From Cetorhinus maximus (taxonomy: Eukaryota): 64,000 bases of DNA. The position numbers were made by a program, and so were the translations under genes. Below the pieces are notes generated by a model. That model was not told where the DNA came from. It made no database searches and saw nothing but the letters and a program-made list of their open reading frames with translations. This document shows positions 1 through 13,222 of this stretch, piece by piece; the first letter of the stretch is position 1; each line of letters begins with the position of its first letter. Location: contig NC_135886.1 of NCBI RefSeq assembly GCF_964194155.1, forward strand, positions 107,694,001-107,758,000, given 5' to 3'.

Positions 1-1915
1 AATCACAAAAAGCTAATATGCAACAACAGCAAGTAATTAGGAAAGCTAATAGAATATTATCATTTATTGTGAGGGGAATTGATTACAAAAGTAGGGAGAC
101 TATGCTCCAGTTGTACAGGACACTGGTGAGACCACATCTGGAGTACTGGGTACAGTATTGGCCTCCTTATTTAAGGAAGGATATGAACACATTAGAAGCA
201 GTTCAGAAAATGTTTACTAAACTAATACCAGGAATGGGTGGGTTATTTCATTAGAAAAGATTGGACAGGTTATGCTTGTATCCGTTCGAGTTTAGAAGAG
301 TAAGAGGCGACTTTATTGAAAAATACAAGACCCTGAGGGGTCTTGACAGGGTGGATGTCGAGACAATGGGTGGAATTGTCCCAGATTTGTATTAAGTGCG
401 GTAGCGAGTGGGTAAAATGACGTTTTACCTGCCGGCCGCAATGGCGGGTTTTCACGCTGTATCATCCCAAACCCGCCACATTAGCTATGCATTCCCGGGA
501 AACACACCATTTCCATGGCAGGCGGGCTCTCATTCGCTCACCACGCCATCACCTCGCCACTTCATCACGCCGGCGCCATACTTAAAGTCCTGCTGTGTGC
601 ATACATCTCAGTGCTTCCAGCCCATGACTACTCCAGGGAAGATGTCCACAAAAAACAGAGAGACTTCAGCCCCCAAGTTTAGTAACGCATCACTGGAACG
701 CCTTTTGGATGCCGTGGAGGCCTGCCACAATGTCCTCTAGCCTCACTCTGGCCACAGGATGAGCAGCGACGTGACCAACCAGGCTTGGGAGACAGTGGCA
801 GTGGTCAGTGCCAATGCTGCACAGAAGAGGTTGGCCATCTAATGCAGATAGAGGATGAATGATCTCATCGGTGCAGCCAGGTTATAAACTCACACACTCA
901 AGCCCATCACACATTCACTGGCATTTCACTCACTGCCAGCTCAAGGGACATCACCACCCATTCTCACACACATGCCCTCACATGTCCATCTGGTCTCATC
1001 TCCACAGGAGACTGCCTCCTCAGCCCTCACCAGCTTGAGGCCACTTGCACAGATCAACATGTGCCCCCACACCCACCCTGGGTTACCCTCCTTCCCCAGT
1101 ACAGCTCTCAATCTGAAGCCTCTTCTCTTGCCTGAGGCCACTTCTCCCTCTTCGCCATGCAAGCCCCAGCCCTGCAGCCATTGAAAAGCCACCCACATAT
1201 GGCTGATCTGGTAGGTAGAGACCTGCCGTGAGCCCCCCTAAACGTGATGTGGTGCTCTCTGTGAAGCCTGGCGCTGATGACTGAATGCTGACCGAAGCAA
1301 GGTAGGCAAACAAACCTTGAAGTCCCGAGCAAAGTGCAGCCCGCCAAGTGCACATCGCTTATGTGCTGTTGTGAAACACGTTGGCGGATGGGCAGACGAT
1401 CTAGCGGAGGGGGAACAATTCTGGCAGGCAGGCTTAATAATGATATGTTGATGTATTAAAATGAGGTTCCCGACGTCCGATGGTAGAGAACGGGGCTGAG
1501 CGGGCGATCGTGAACTGGTTTCAAACTGTCATGAAACTAATTGTGCCATATCGTCCACTCACGCCACCAAACATGCCTGACGCCAGCGGGCACGGAAAAT
1601 CCCTGCCGATGTTTCCTCTTGTGGGAGAATTTAGAACTAGGGGTCACTGTTTAAGGGGTTTCCCCATTTAAGACAGAGATGAGAATTTTCTTTTCTCTCA
1701 GAGGGTAGTGGGTCTTTGGAACGCCCTTCCTCAAAAGGCAGTGGAAGCAGAGTCTTTGAATGTTTTCAAGGCAGAGTTAGATAGATTCTTGATAAACAAG
1801 GGGGTGAAAAGTTATCAGGGATAGCGGGGAGTTTACAGTCAGATCAGCTATGATCTTATTGAGTGGTGGAGTAGGCTCAAGAGGCCTATTCTTGTTCCTA
1901 ACTCGTATGTTCGTT
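1..1915 (+). mobile_element. CR1 LINE 3' end, split by the Harbinger insertion at 368-1607
   Basis: IRKANRILSFI..LYRTLVRPHLEY.VQYW.PYLRKD..LEAVQ (CR1 ORF2 C-terminus) and CR1 3'UTR. Confidence 0.88.
368..1607 (+). mobile_element. Non-autonomous Harbinger derivative with a Myb/SANT-like ORF remnant, inserted in a CR1
   Basis: Ends GGGTGGAATTGTCC / GGAAAATCCCTGCC; 642-880 encodes SAPKFSNASLERLLDAVE..VL..AWETVA..CR.RMNDL; CR1 resumes in register at 1608. Confidence 0.75.
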
Positions 1916-1930
1916 TGTTCATATTTATCC

Positions 1931-3103
1931 TGTAGGGGTTCCCCTTTTTCCTCAGAGACCCTCCCCACACTCAAGTTTTGTGACACCAGATTCACAAGTG
2001 TATGGCTTGAACAGAATGACCAGCGAGACAAGTTTCTTCTGATAATTCACAATTACTTTATTGAATCACCCACAACCCCACAGTACAAAACCCAAAATTT
2101 AAAACAACCTATTCACAGTACCCAACACAAAGTCACCACAACTCAGTTAAAACTTACAAAAGCACAGGCAAAATACCATGTCCTGTCCTGAAACTATAAG
2201 AAAAAAACCCTCAGACCAAGATCACAAAGATATGGCTAAAACAAGTTACAAGGTATTGGCAAAAAACTCCCAAGTTTTCCCCTAAACCTTCACAAAACCC
2301 TCAGACCAATATCACTACGATTTCACTGAAACTTACAATCCCCAACACGGCTGGTCTGTCCGGTGTTGACTGTAGGCCTGAGTCAAGGTGACTAAACTCA
2401 ACCCTTCTTCTGACTGCAGCCCAAAACCTTCAGGCCAGTATCACCACGATATGGCTGAAAACACTTACAATCCCCAACATGGCTAGTCCTTCCGGTGAGA
2501 ACTGTAGGTCCCCGAGACAGGTTGACCCTTCCTGACCCTCCTTCTTGCAGTGCCAAACCCTTTGCTCTTTTTATGATGATCCTTATCGAAATATCATGAA
2601 CACATTTCCTGAGGCCACCCAGCTGGATGGTTAGTGCATAGCACCTTCTTTGATTCTTCAAGTCTGTTCCCAACAGACCTACTCAGTGCTGATGTTGCTT
2701 CCACAACTGAAAACAATGAATCCCACCAAGGTGAGGCATCCCTGGCGCCAAAACTGACCTTTATGTGAAAGGTTTCTCTCCTTCTGTTACAGAAGTGAAT
2801 GGCTGTTGTCTAGGGTCATTTGATTTAACAATGGCCTCCTTCATTTCTTAATTAGATTACGTGATGATGATTATCCTGTGTTCACTGCTGTGATGGTATC
2901 TTAAATTCCAATCCTTTTAATAGTATCAGTTCTGTTGTGATGTTGGAATGTCTGAGATTAACCCCCACCCCACAATGTAGCCTGCCTCAGGTGTGTTTTG
3001 TTTTGAGGCTGGGCTTTCATTCACAGTACGTGTGTCTGTGGGGGTTTTGGGGTTCTTCCATCACATTTTATACAGTCCAGTTGCAGGGGATTTTTATCCC
3101 ACA
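1931..3103 (-). mobile_element. Solo LTR (1173 bp)
   Basis: TGTAGG...CCCACA termini; 4-bp TSD ATCC (1927-1930 / 3104-3107); AATAAA on - near 2057; three imperfect internal repeats starting near 2205, 2294 and 2424. Confidence 0.8.
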
Positions 3104-4889
3104 ATCCTATATGCTAACATCCAGAATTAACATGAGTTAAACATGAATTAACAGACAAATTGTGGTCAAATTTAAACTATAAATTTAAAGATACAACTGA
3201 GACAGATCTTACATATTGCCTCGGCAGTCCACTCAGATTTTTTTGATCATCGTGAGTCACAAAATCATTCAAACCCTATCGTCCTCACGAGGAATTTTAG
3301 CTCCTCTCCTTCTAGAAGCTAGTGCGATTCCCAAGCAACAGCAGCGCAAAGCCAACCCAAGTTCTACGAGCACAGTCTTCACAAGTGGCACACATCTGCA
3401 GAACCTGCTCAGTTCGGTCTGGATAGCATAGATCCACCAATGTTATCTTCACGTAACAGAATCAGCTGCAGCGACTTATTCCTTTGCTTATTCTCAGCTT
3501 CTGGATTTTTGCCTCTTCTTCTTGAGTCTTCTTCAGCTTGGACTCAACAACTGCTACGGTCAGCTTGGAGTGATCTGTGCCATTTTATATCTTTCAAGCT
3601 TTTGTTTCGATTTCCCAACCTCAGCTTGCTCCTGGTTTCCTTGGAGACTGGGAAGCTCAATTTCATTTCTGTGTTTAACTTTCCTGCTTTCTTTTAGTTT
3701 CATTGTCAGTTCAGCTTCTGTTTTGAGGTTGGGTCTGCCTCAAAACCATACAAATTAAATTTAAAAATATAGATTCCCTCACAAAGGTTAGAAAACTGTT
3801 GCTGGCAATAATTATTCGAACAAGCTAACATCTCAATGAAAAAAGCACAGAGGAAAGTTATATAAACACGTAAAGTATTCCTCTACTAATATCTACTAAT
3901 ATTACTAGCAATAATTTCTGTGATAGCATTTAGTTGCTTTGAACTGCATTAGGGCTGTCAGATAATCATTGACCTCATTAGATGCAATGTGCATTAAATA
4001 GTGTCAAATAATGATAAGCCCCATTAGTGTAGGATTGTTATAAACTCAATTAGATTTTGTATTTCATTTTTATAAACCTGTTTATATATAATATCAGATA
4101 ATGAAAAATCTCATTAAATATAATTGATTTACTAATAATTTCATTAGGCACAGTATAAAAGATAGATGTTTTGCTAAACTGATGGTCATGTTAGCTTTTG
4201 TGTTATCGTGAAGATTTGGCTTTGATTTGCCAATCTAACTATACAGTTCCACTAAAAAGGCAGACCCTCCTTTTCTCTTTTTTTCATGTGTAGACCCTCC
4301 AGCAGACCATCCCAGTTACTAGCCAGATTCTCATTGCTGCTGCAATTTTCAAGTTCTACAGCCACCGCTATCTCACTGCTGTAAGATTTAAGTACCCACA
4401 TCCATTGCCTCCTGTGAATCCTGGTCTTCCTACTGCCGTGTTACCCAATTTCCCTGCCACAATGAAGTTCACTTGCTGCTTGAAGTTGGGAAAGAAAATA
4501 AATACAATAAAAAGAGACATCAAAGAAAGGAAGGAGAGTAAAAAGATAAACAAAACAAAAGCGTGAAACAATGCAATCAAAATATATAATGGTTTGATCA
4601 AATATGTGTATATATTATGTATATAAAATTTTGAACTTTTATGAAATAAATACAAATATGAACGTTAATGTACAATTGCTTCAAATTTATATGCCTACTG
4701 CTAATTACACAAAGGCTATATATATATATTTCCTATATGTAATTTTTGAAAATCCAATAAAATATTATGAACTCAATTACATGTAGTGTCAATAATTAAT
4801 GAGTCCATTCAGTTTGTTTGTAGTTCAGTTTTAAACTCATTAAGTACAGTATTGGATTAAAATACACGTTGTTAGATTGGATTTACCTG

Positions 4890-5640
4890 TTTGGGGAGCG
4901 TCATCTCTTTTGATGCCATTGTAGACAAGGAAATGGGCAATAGGCTTTCAAAAGCAAACAGCGATTCAGCAGACTCTACAAACAAGTGTGGAGCAACCAC
5001 AGCCTCAGAGCACAGGCCAAACTCACCACCTCATCACCCTCCTGCATGGCACCGAGTCATGGGTCCTGTACCACCGATATGTTTGCCTTCTAGAGCACTT
5101 CCATCAGTGCTGTATCTGTAGCATCAATGTTCACTGGTAGGTCTGCATTACAAATGTTGAAGTCCTGGAAACAGTTAACATATCCAGCATTGAGGCCATT
5201 CTTCTGCAAAGTCAACTGCGTTGGGTGGGTCACATTGCCTGGATGGACAACAGCTGGCTGCCCAAGATTATGTTGTATGGAAACCTGACCCCCACTGGCA
5301 AACAGAACAGAGGGGTCTCACACAAACGTCTCAAGGACTCCATGAAGAAGTCCCTCCCTTTGTGCCATATCAACCATCATCAGTGGGAAGCGCAAGCCCT
5401 AGATCATGAAGCCTGCAGGTGCTACAGATACCTTTGAGACCGAGCAAAAAAAAACCAGCATAGAAGAGGAGGAGAAGGAAAGATCAAATTGCCCCCAGCA
5501 GTTACTGCACCTTCACTTGCACCCGCTATGGAAGAATCTGCCGGTTATGGATAGGCTTGACTAGCCACCAGCAGGCTTGCAATCATTGAGCACAAACATT
5601 CCTAAAATCTTCGTCTTCAAAGAAATGCTGAGGGAGAGAG
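4890..5640 (+). mobile_element. RTE-clade LINE 3' fragment
   Basis: ITNVEVLE..ISSIEAILLQSQLRWVGHIAWMD..LPKIMLYGNL..KRLKDSMKKSL. Confidence 0.8.
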
Positions 5641-6256
5641 AGATTGGATTGTTACAAACTCACTCTGGCATTATTGGGGTGCAACCCCAAACTAAGCTTC
5701 CCCCCACACTTCTGCATCATTACCTAAACTGCTTTATTACACTTACACAAAAGTCTCCACTAGTGCACTATCTTAGCCTCTCTGCGACTAAAACCCTAGT
5801 CCATGCCTTCATCGTCTCAAGGCCCGACTTCTTTAGCACCCTTCTAGTGACAAGCATCCACCACCTCCAACACTTTTTAGAACCAATGATGACGAGAGCC
5901 CAGACAGCTATTCTAATACTAGAACACCTGCACCTCAGAGAAAATGTTGTTTGATTGATAGCTCAGGCTCTCTTATCTCTGCAGTCAATTTCACAATGTT
6001 TGTTGATTTAACTTAAGTGGTTACAAGGGTTTGTTGTTTTTGAAACTTCAAAGGGACTGGATGATTGACACTCTTATTATCTTGCAGGCCTGACTGTATT
6101 TCAAGGATTACTTTTTTTTTTCAAAGCTTTTTTTAGGAACACATCTCACTATACATTGATTCTAGAAAGTGTACAGTGGGTCAATGGGCATGGAAGTGCC
6201 ATAGCTTGGCATATGGGGCCTGAGGTCATGGGTGGAAGGATAGAGGTTGGCATTTC

Positions 6257-6580
6257 TTGTATTCATTTGGGATGTGGGCATTGCTGGCTAGGCTAGCATT
6301 AATTACCCATCCCTAATTGCCCTTGTTCAGCATCAACCACATTGCTGTGGGTCTGGAGTCACATTTAAGCCAGACGAGGTAAGGACGGCAGATTACCTTC
6401 CCTAAAGGGCATTAGTGAACCAGATGGTTTTTTATGACAATCAGCAATGGTTTCATGGTCATCATCAGACTTTTAATTCCAGATTTTTTATTGATTCAAA
6501 TTTCACCATCTGTTGTGGGATTTGAACCCATATCCCTGGAATACTAGTCCAGTGACAATACCACTATGCCACCGCCTCCC
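6257..6580 (-). mobile_element. tRNA-derived SINE sharing its 3' tail with the CR1/L2-like LINE; second copy about 43660-43972 (+)
   Basis: On -: A box TGGCATAGTGG, B box GGTTCAAATCC; tail agggatgg..aatgct..ccagc.a.gcccacatc as in the LINE ending near 26312. Confidence 0.7.
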
Positions 6581-7175
6581 CTATATGAGGAGACATGGGG
6601 GTGGGTGGGGGTGTGAGATGGCATGAATGGGGCATGGGGAGTGTTTGGAGTGTGAAGGGCGTGGGGTGAGGGCTGGAGGGTCTTTGTGTGTTTTTTCACT
6701 GGGGCAAAGTTCCACGGCATCGAGACAGGCCTTTTAAATATCTCACCTGGCAACACCTGCGGCTGCCTCCACACTTCTTCCTTGATCAGCTGGCCCAACT
6801 CCAGCCTGCATCCGGCTCCCACCAATGATGATCCCTCCTTTGCAGGCACTTTTTCCCTGGTGGGGGGGCTGGGGGGGGGGGGGGGGGTGATGATCTTGAG
6901 TGGAGCTGCACCAGAAATTTTCCTGACGGGTCCCACCACCACCACCACCAGTCGCTTTGAGGATGAAAATTCAGGCCGATGTGTTAAGGATGAGATATTA
7001 ACCTGGGTTGCCTGATGGATGTAAAGATCCCATGGCAGAATTTCAAACAAGAGCAGGGAAGTTATCCCTGGTGCCCTGACCAACGGTTATCCCTCAAACA
7101 ATATCATGAAAACAGTTTATCTGTTCGTTATTGTTGTTTCTGGGAGCCTTCTGCACACAATTTGGCTTCTGCCTT

Positions 7176-7456
7176 AATATCAGCACCTTCAACACCCCTT
7201 TGTTCCTTTAGTCTGTGACATCTTTTGATTATCTCCTCCTATCACTGCTTGCTTGTCCCTACAACCACAACCCCCCCCCCACCAACTTCTCCCACCCCCC
7301 CCCCCCCCCCCCCCACCTCAAACCATCTTATATTTCACCCCTCTCCTAACTATACTCAGTTCTGCTGAAGGGTCATGAGGACTCGAAACGTCGACTCTTC
7401 TTCTCCACCGATGCTGCCAGACCTGCTGAGTTTTTCCAGGTTAATTCTGTTTTTGT
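7176..7456 (+). mobile_element. 3'-terminal fragment of the same Penelope family, inserted into a DeuSINE
   Basis: Matches about 20420-20688; 15-bp TSD TTTGGCTTCTGCCTT (7161-7175 / 7457-7471). Confidence 0.88.
7358..7396 (+). ncRNA. Minimal type I hammerhead-like motif with variant core CUGCUGA
   Basis: AGTT-CTGCTGA-A-GGGTC-ATGAG-GACTC-GAAAC-GTC-GACT. Confidence 0.6.
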
Positions 7457-7479
7457 TTTGGCTTCTGCCTTTCCGATAT

Positions 7480-9180
7480 TATAACACGTGGTTTTGAAAG
7501 GCGCTGTATGATGCAAGACTTTCTTTCCTCTCTCAGTCAGTGTGCGATGTGTGGACAGCCCCACAGGGTGTGAGTTCCCCTGGCCGGGTGTAATGTTCAA
7601 TGACGATGTCTTCAGCCATGACGCGCTTTGCCTGTGATGGGCAGGAGGAGGGGGAGGCTCAGTATTGAGAAAGAGACTCGGGGCAGGTCGGATTCGGCTG
7701 TACTCTGGAGATTGTCCCTGGCTACTTCATCCTAAGAAAGCAAACAGTGAGTTTTTAACCTGCCGCCGAAATGCTCATTATTCCCCTTTTATCCTGAGGA
7801 GGGGGCGATGAAGTGAGATTCACCAGAGACACAGGCTGGGAATGAATGGAGGGCGGTTAGAGCAGAGTGTCGGCTACTCATGAAATAGGCTTATTGTAGT
7901 AAAATATTTAAACCGGGACGCCGATTAAAACATTAAGCGATTCGTCCGGTGGACAGCAGCACACGATCGGATTTTTTTTTTTATTAAAGATCTGCATAAA
8001 TCTACACTTTGGGAAGTCACCATGCGTTTGGCGCCTAAATGCTCCTTTTTGACGGGTTTCGACATTGTGGTTCATTTGTGGCTTCGAGCACTTGGGTGTT
8101 GGGTTTGTATTTAAAATGACTTGGATCGCAGTGGGGGGGGGGGGGGTGGGTAGTGGGGAATCGGGGGGGGGGAGGGGGATGTGGGGAATCGGAGGGGGGA
8201 TTAAACTAAAACGCACATTGAATTAAAAGTAGGCAGCGGGAGCTGAAATAAATTCATGCCGCCTGCGGATTGTCTTCCCGGATTGACATTTTAAATGGCT
8301 CATCTTGAGGGGGTTGTCAGTGTTGTTGGAAGGAGGAGGAGGGAGGGAGGCGCGGCTCAGGGCTGGTGCCTGTTGCATCAGCCGGCCGGCCCTGAAACTT
8401 CAGGCCACTTTCACCGTTGCCAGGAACAACCGCTGGTCCATGCAATACCTCCCAGCGCCTCCTCCCTCAGATCCAACTCTTTAAATTCACTCCCCCCCCC
8501 CCCCCCCCACCGACTTCAAAATAAAACCCACTTTTTAAAAAATTTTTACAGGAAGCAATCACTAAAGTGACTATAACCCTCTGGTACATAATAAACCAGT
8601 AAAAGATTCCCCCCCCCCCCCCCCTGTCCTTCTGCCTGGAAGGAGCGACATAGAGATGAGGTCCTATGCCCAAATATGGCGAAATCTGAATTGTTTATTT
8701 CTTTGCTCGACTTTTTAGTTTTCCACTCGAAGGGAAACGGTGTTTTTTCTCATTGTGCATGGAGAGGAGGAGGAGGAAGAGGAAAAGGAAGCGGAGCGGG
8801 TTTAAGGGTTGATCTCCTCATGTGTAAATAAATTTTAGGGTCGTGAATTTCCTGTGTGAATTACGCTGAAATTTACACCGTGGCAGAAACAGTACATTCG
8901 GCCCAACTGATTTGTGCTGTTGTGTGCCAGTCTCTCTGACAAGTTGCAACGAAATTTGTTGAGAGTTTTTAGCGTGTGTTGGAATGTAAAAACTGCATAA
9001 GACAAGCAGAATTCAGGGCGAGCAATCGGGCCAGTGAAAGTGCTGGATGTATACTATATTCCTTTTTTTATGCATGGAATTCAAAGTTTGAAACCATCAA
9101 ACCAGTTTTTATGCGCATCAGGGATGGCATGTTTCAGAAAATGCAATTGTGGAAGTTTTTCCATTTTTGATGCAAATCAT
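7480..9180 (+). promoter_or_regulatory. Probable SLC7A3 promoter and non-coding first exon (about 7661-7746)
   Basis: CpG-richer non-repeat segment; Inr-like TCAGT at 7659; donor ACA|gtgagt at 7747; E-box CACGTG 7485-7490; C/EBP-ATF-like TGATGCAA at 7509, 8372 (reverse) and 9168; G-tracts. Position is inferred, with no transcript data. Confidence 0.5.
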
Positions 9181-10599
9181 TCCAATGCCTAAAGATACAG
9201 CCAAAAATACATAACATACACCTTGAGCCTGACTCAATGAGATGTTTTTTTTAAATTGCTTTAAAAATTGCCAAGGAGGAACAAAAATATGACTTTGGTT
9301 CCTGCTGCATTATTGCTTGGGGATGGAGCTATTCTAATGAGTTGGCAGAGGGCTATATTATTTTTTCCACAGAATCAATGCAAAAGATCAAGGAAATTCA
9401 GGTGGAGAGTAAGAGCAGGCATATGGCACTTAATGCCTGACTTTCCTCAATCTTTTGCAGTAGATTATGCCATATAAATGCTGTTGTTTCGGGGTATGTA
9501 TTCAGCAATTTCCAGGCCTATGTTTTTAAAAGATTTGGGAAAGAAGGGTGAGGGGATACAAGGCAGAGTGTTTTAGGGAGAGTTTCACAGTGCAAGGGCA
9601 TCATTAATGATGGTTTGGCTTCTGATGCGGAGTGGGGACAAGCAATAAAGTGGAGAATGTTAAGGATTTGGGCTGGAATGAGGTATAAGCAGTTTTCTTA
9701 ATATTAATTGATCTCTTGCTGCATTACAGACAAAAACAATTTTAAAATGGTGTATGCATACAATACCATATGTTTATTTAAGCTCTGCTTTTTGCATTGC
9801 TTACCTACCTGAACTAACAACTCTGTTGTTTGTTTTCTAATAAATGGGAAGAAATGTTGAACCACCTTCTCCTGTTAGTGATATTGATTTAAAAAACTGA
9901 AGCTGCTCTATGATATCACTGTCATTATGATATCCTTGCTTGATATGGTCAGTGGTCACCGGGGACCAGTGAATAGTGGCTTTTGTGGTTGATAGGTATC
10001 AAAACTTTTTATTTTTATGGGTTGCGTAAGTAGCTTTTGGAGCCCATATATGTAATTTAACTCCATGTTACCATTAATATGCATACATTTCACATTACTG
10101 ATACGATCAGATCTTGGTGTTCTAGTGTAGGATTTATCCTACCAAGGAAGCAACAATGTAAGAACAGCTCATCCTTTACCTCCAGGCACCTAACATCAAG
10201 GAGGACAAATTTGTAAATAAGAAATATAGCGGTTGCATGTGCTTTGCGAGTTATATATACACCTATTTATAATTAATATAATATTTTCTGTCTTCTGAGA
10301 ATAAACCTGGTGCTTGTTTGATTTGCTTTTATATAAATATGTTCATATTATTTAAAGTAAATCAGATAATTCAATTTGATACAAGTGCCATTGTATAGCT
10401 ATGCAATAAGTTTGGAGTAAACATTTGAACAGTTTGTTACATGAGTACTGTGGGCTGCAGTTACGTTTAGTCGTCATATTAGAAAATCCCTGGGACATTT
10501 CCATAGTTACCACCATTATAATTCCCAATTTTAGACAAAAATCCATCCTGTTTTGCTCCTTCCTCAGCTCATTTGTCACAAACCCCTCTAGAACTTTGT

Positions 10600-11075
10600 T
10601 AGCTCTAGACTAAAGTATTCCAAATCACTCCTGGCCACATTCCCTAAACTTGAGTTTATCCAAAACTCTGCTACCTATGTCCTAACTCAGTTAGTCCCAT
10701 TCACCCATCACCCTTTTGCTTGCCGACCTACATTGGCTCTCCCAGTTAAGTATTGTCTCAAGACCCTCTCCTGCCTCGTTCCACTAATTCTAGCTGGCCT
10801 CTTGAGCATCCCTGATTTGAATTGCACCATCATTAGCAGCTGTACCTTTAGTTGCCAAGGCTCTAAACTGTTGAATTCACTTCCTTAAACATTTTTGCCT
10901 CTCTATCTTTCTTTCCACCTTTAAGACACTCCTTAAAAGCTACCTCTTTGACCAAACTTTTGATCATCTGTCTTGATATCACTTTATGTGGCTTATAATG
11001 CTCCTATGAAGCTCGTTGGGATGTTTTGCTATATCAGTGGCGCTATTATAAATGCATTTGTTGCTGTTGCTGCTG
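10600..11075 (+). mobile_element. L2 LINE 3' fragment; other L2 pieces about 43030-43365 (-), 49270-49800 (-), 61600-62230 (-), 62790-63390 (+)
   Basis: IQNSA..LT..HSPITL.L.DLHWL-like translation; tail aaaagctacctctttgaccaa..tataaatgca. Confidence 0.7.
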
Positions 11076-11104
11076 CCGATTTTCTTGACCAGTTTCTGAA
11101 ATGT

Positions 11105-12050
11105 GGGCCAGGATTTTTACTGAGTCGGGTTAACTGAGAAACCCTTTAAACATGGCGGGTGGGTCCTGATTCCGGGATTCCCGACCTCATTCCCAGTCTG
11201 TGCGATTTTTGGGAGTGCCTTTAAAGGATGAGGACTGCTTACTGTCAGACGCCCGCATCCAGTACTTCCGACCTGGCCGGGTCCATTGCGGAGATAGGCA
11301 TGCCCCCCTGCTCCACAATTTTCATGGAGTCTGGCTAGGTGTTTAGAGAGTCGTGGTTCATGGCTCCTTAAAGGAGCCGTGAACACATGGTATATGAGGG
11401 GACCTTTAAAAAGGTAAGATCAAAAGGTCCCCTCATGCCCCCTATGCCAAGCTCTGCCTTTCTGCCCACCCTCTATGCCCCCTATGCAGACCTCTGCCTT
11501 TGCACCCACCCTCTTAGGCCCCCCAGGCCCTCTATGTCAGGTTCAGCCCTTCCACCCACCCCGTTTGTCCCCTCATGCCCCTATGCTAGGCTCTGGCACG
11601 CCCATTGATCAACTGTACACTTTCTAAAACTAATGAACACCACAATGTAAAGTGGGATGTTGAAAACAAAAGCTCTGGAAAAATGTAATCCATTGATCAC
11701 TTTCTCCATTGGGAAAAAAGTCTGGATGGCAAGCTATTAAAGTGTTGATCATCCACGCCCTTCGAAGTTTCAAAAACTACAAAACATGAACACTTGAAAC
11801 CACTTACCAATGTCAGTAAACATTGCGAAATTGACAGCAGAGATCAGAGAGCCTGAACTTTCAATTTCACCATATTTCCTTTGGGGAGCAGGTATTCTGT
11901 TATTCTAATAGATGTCTTGGCCTTGGACCGTGTGTTGGACAAGCCTGTGCAAAGCGCACAGAGATCCAAATCGAATTGTTGTAGTCAGGCACTTCATGAA
12001 AATCTGTTTTAATCAATAGATGGTTGTATTTTTGAAACACACACTTTTCA
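11105..12050. mobile_element. Harbinger-type non-autonomous element (partial); related pieces at about 6585-6977 and 13265-13960
   Basis: Begins GGGCCAGGATTTT like the other copies; C-rich imperfect repeats; right boundary uncertain. Confidence 0.45.
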
Positions 12051-12829
12051 CAAGGTCTTATTCTGCAGTATGTTCCTTCAATATATGAAGTTTAATCGTG
12101 GATTAGCTACTGACAAGATAGCTGTTGTAATAACATGGCTTTGTTGCAGCCACTTTTGGCAGAAGTTGATTCAGGAAGTTTATCTTGTTGCTGGTATTGC
12201 GAATTCCTGCAGCATACCAGGAAACAGCCGATATTGCACAAGTACATTGTTTAAGAGAATATTTACATCTTTTACAGTATGTGTCTTTTCCGTGACATTC
12301 TATGAACAAAGTGTCATTTGGAGACCACTCCTCCAATTCCTTATCGAGTGGCTTCACACGGACACTTCCAAGATTACAAAATACACAACTTTTTTTAAGC
12401 AAGGAGTGCATTTTGTAGGACAAATTGTTTTTCTTATCTCTGTTTCTTCCCTAAGGAAAAGAAACTATGTAAAAAATTAACAGCTCACCTAATGACTTAG
12501 AAGGTTAATTCACCACCTAATGCATTAATGAACTGTACAGGCTAGAAGGTCATTCATTTAAATCCCAGTCAGTGTTCGGTTTGCTCATCTTGCTTTTAGT
12601 ATCTATGTTTAGGGTAGAAGGGCCAGAAAGATCAACCAGTGTTCCTGCTCCTGATTGGTACCCAGTACCTTGTGCTGGTGTTGAGGGTGAATACGATCAG
12701 GTTTGGCTGTGCTACCGTACTTCCTTGCTTTGGTCAAGTTGCCTGTTGACATTTTATCTGCAGGTGCACAGATGAAAAATGACCACCAATGGAAGGTTGT
12801 GGAGAGAGAGTCGCCTCTTTCTTTAAATG

Positions 12830-13222
12830 GGGTTAATAAGGCATATGGGATCCTGGGCTTTATAAATAGAGGCACAAAGAACAAAAGCAAGGAAATTATG
12901 GTGAACTATTATGGGACACTGGTTCAGTCTCAACTGGAGCATTGTGCCCTATTCTGGGCAGCACAACTTTAGGAAGGGTGTGAAGGCTTTGCAGAAGGTG
13001 CAGAAAATACTTACGAGGATGGTTCTAGGGATAAGAGACTTCAGTGACATGGATAGATTGGCAGATAGACGTGACATGGATAGACTGGGGTTGTTCACCA
13101 TAAAAAAGAGATGGTTGAGGGGGAATTTGATAGAGGTGTTCAAAATCATGAGGGGTCTGGACAGAGTAGATTGAGAGAAACCTCCCACTGGTGGAAACGT
13201 CAAGAACCAGAAGACACTGATC
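12830..13222 (+). mobile_element. CR1 fragment
   Basis: NKAYGILGFINRG..LVQSQLEHC..LGLFTIKKRWLRGNLIEVFKIMRGLDRVD. Confidence 0.85.

Noticed and set aside
2200-2520. Spaced repeats superficially like a CRISPR array
   Set aside because: Imperfect long repeats inside an LTR in eukaryotic DNA; no constant repeat/unique spacer pattern and no cas genes
12070-12480. 136-aa and 106-aa overlapping ORFs in the putative SLC7A3 5' intron
   Set aside because: No recognisable domain or convincing splice context
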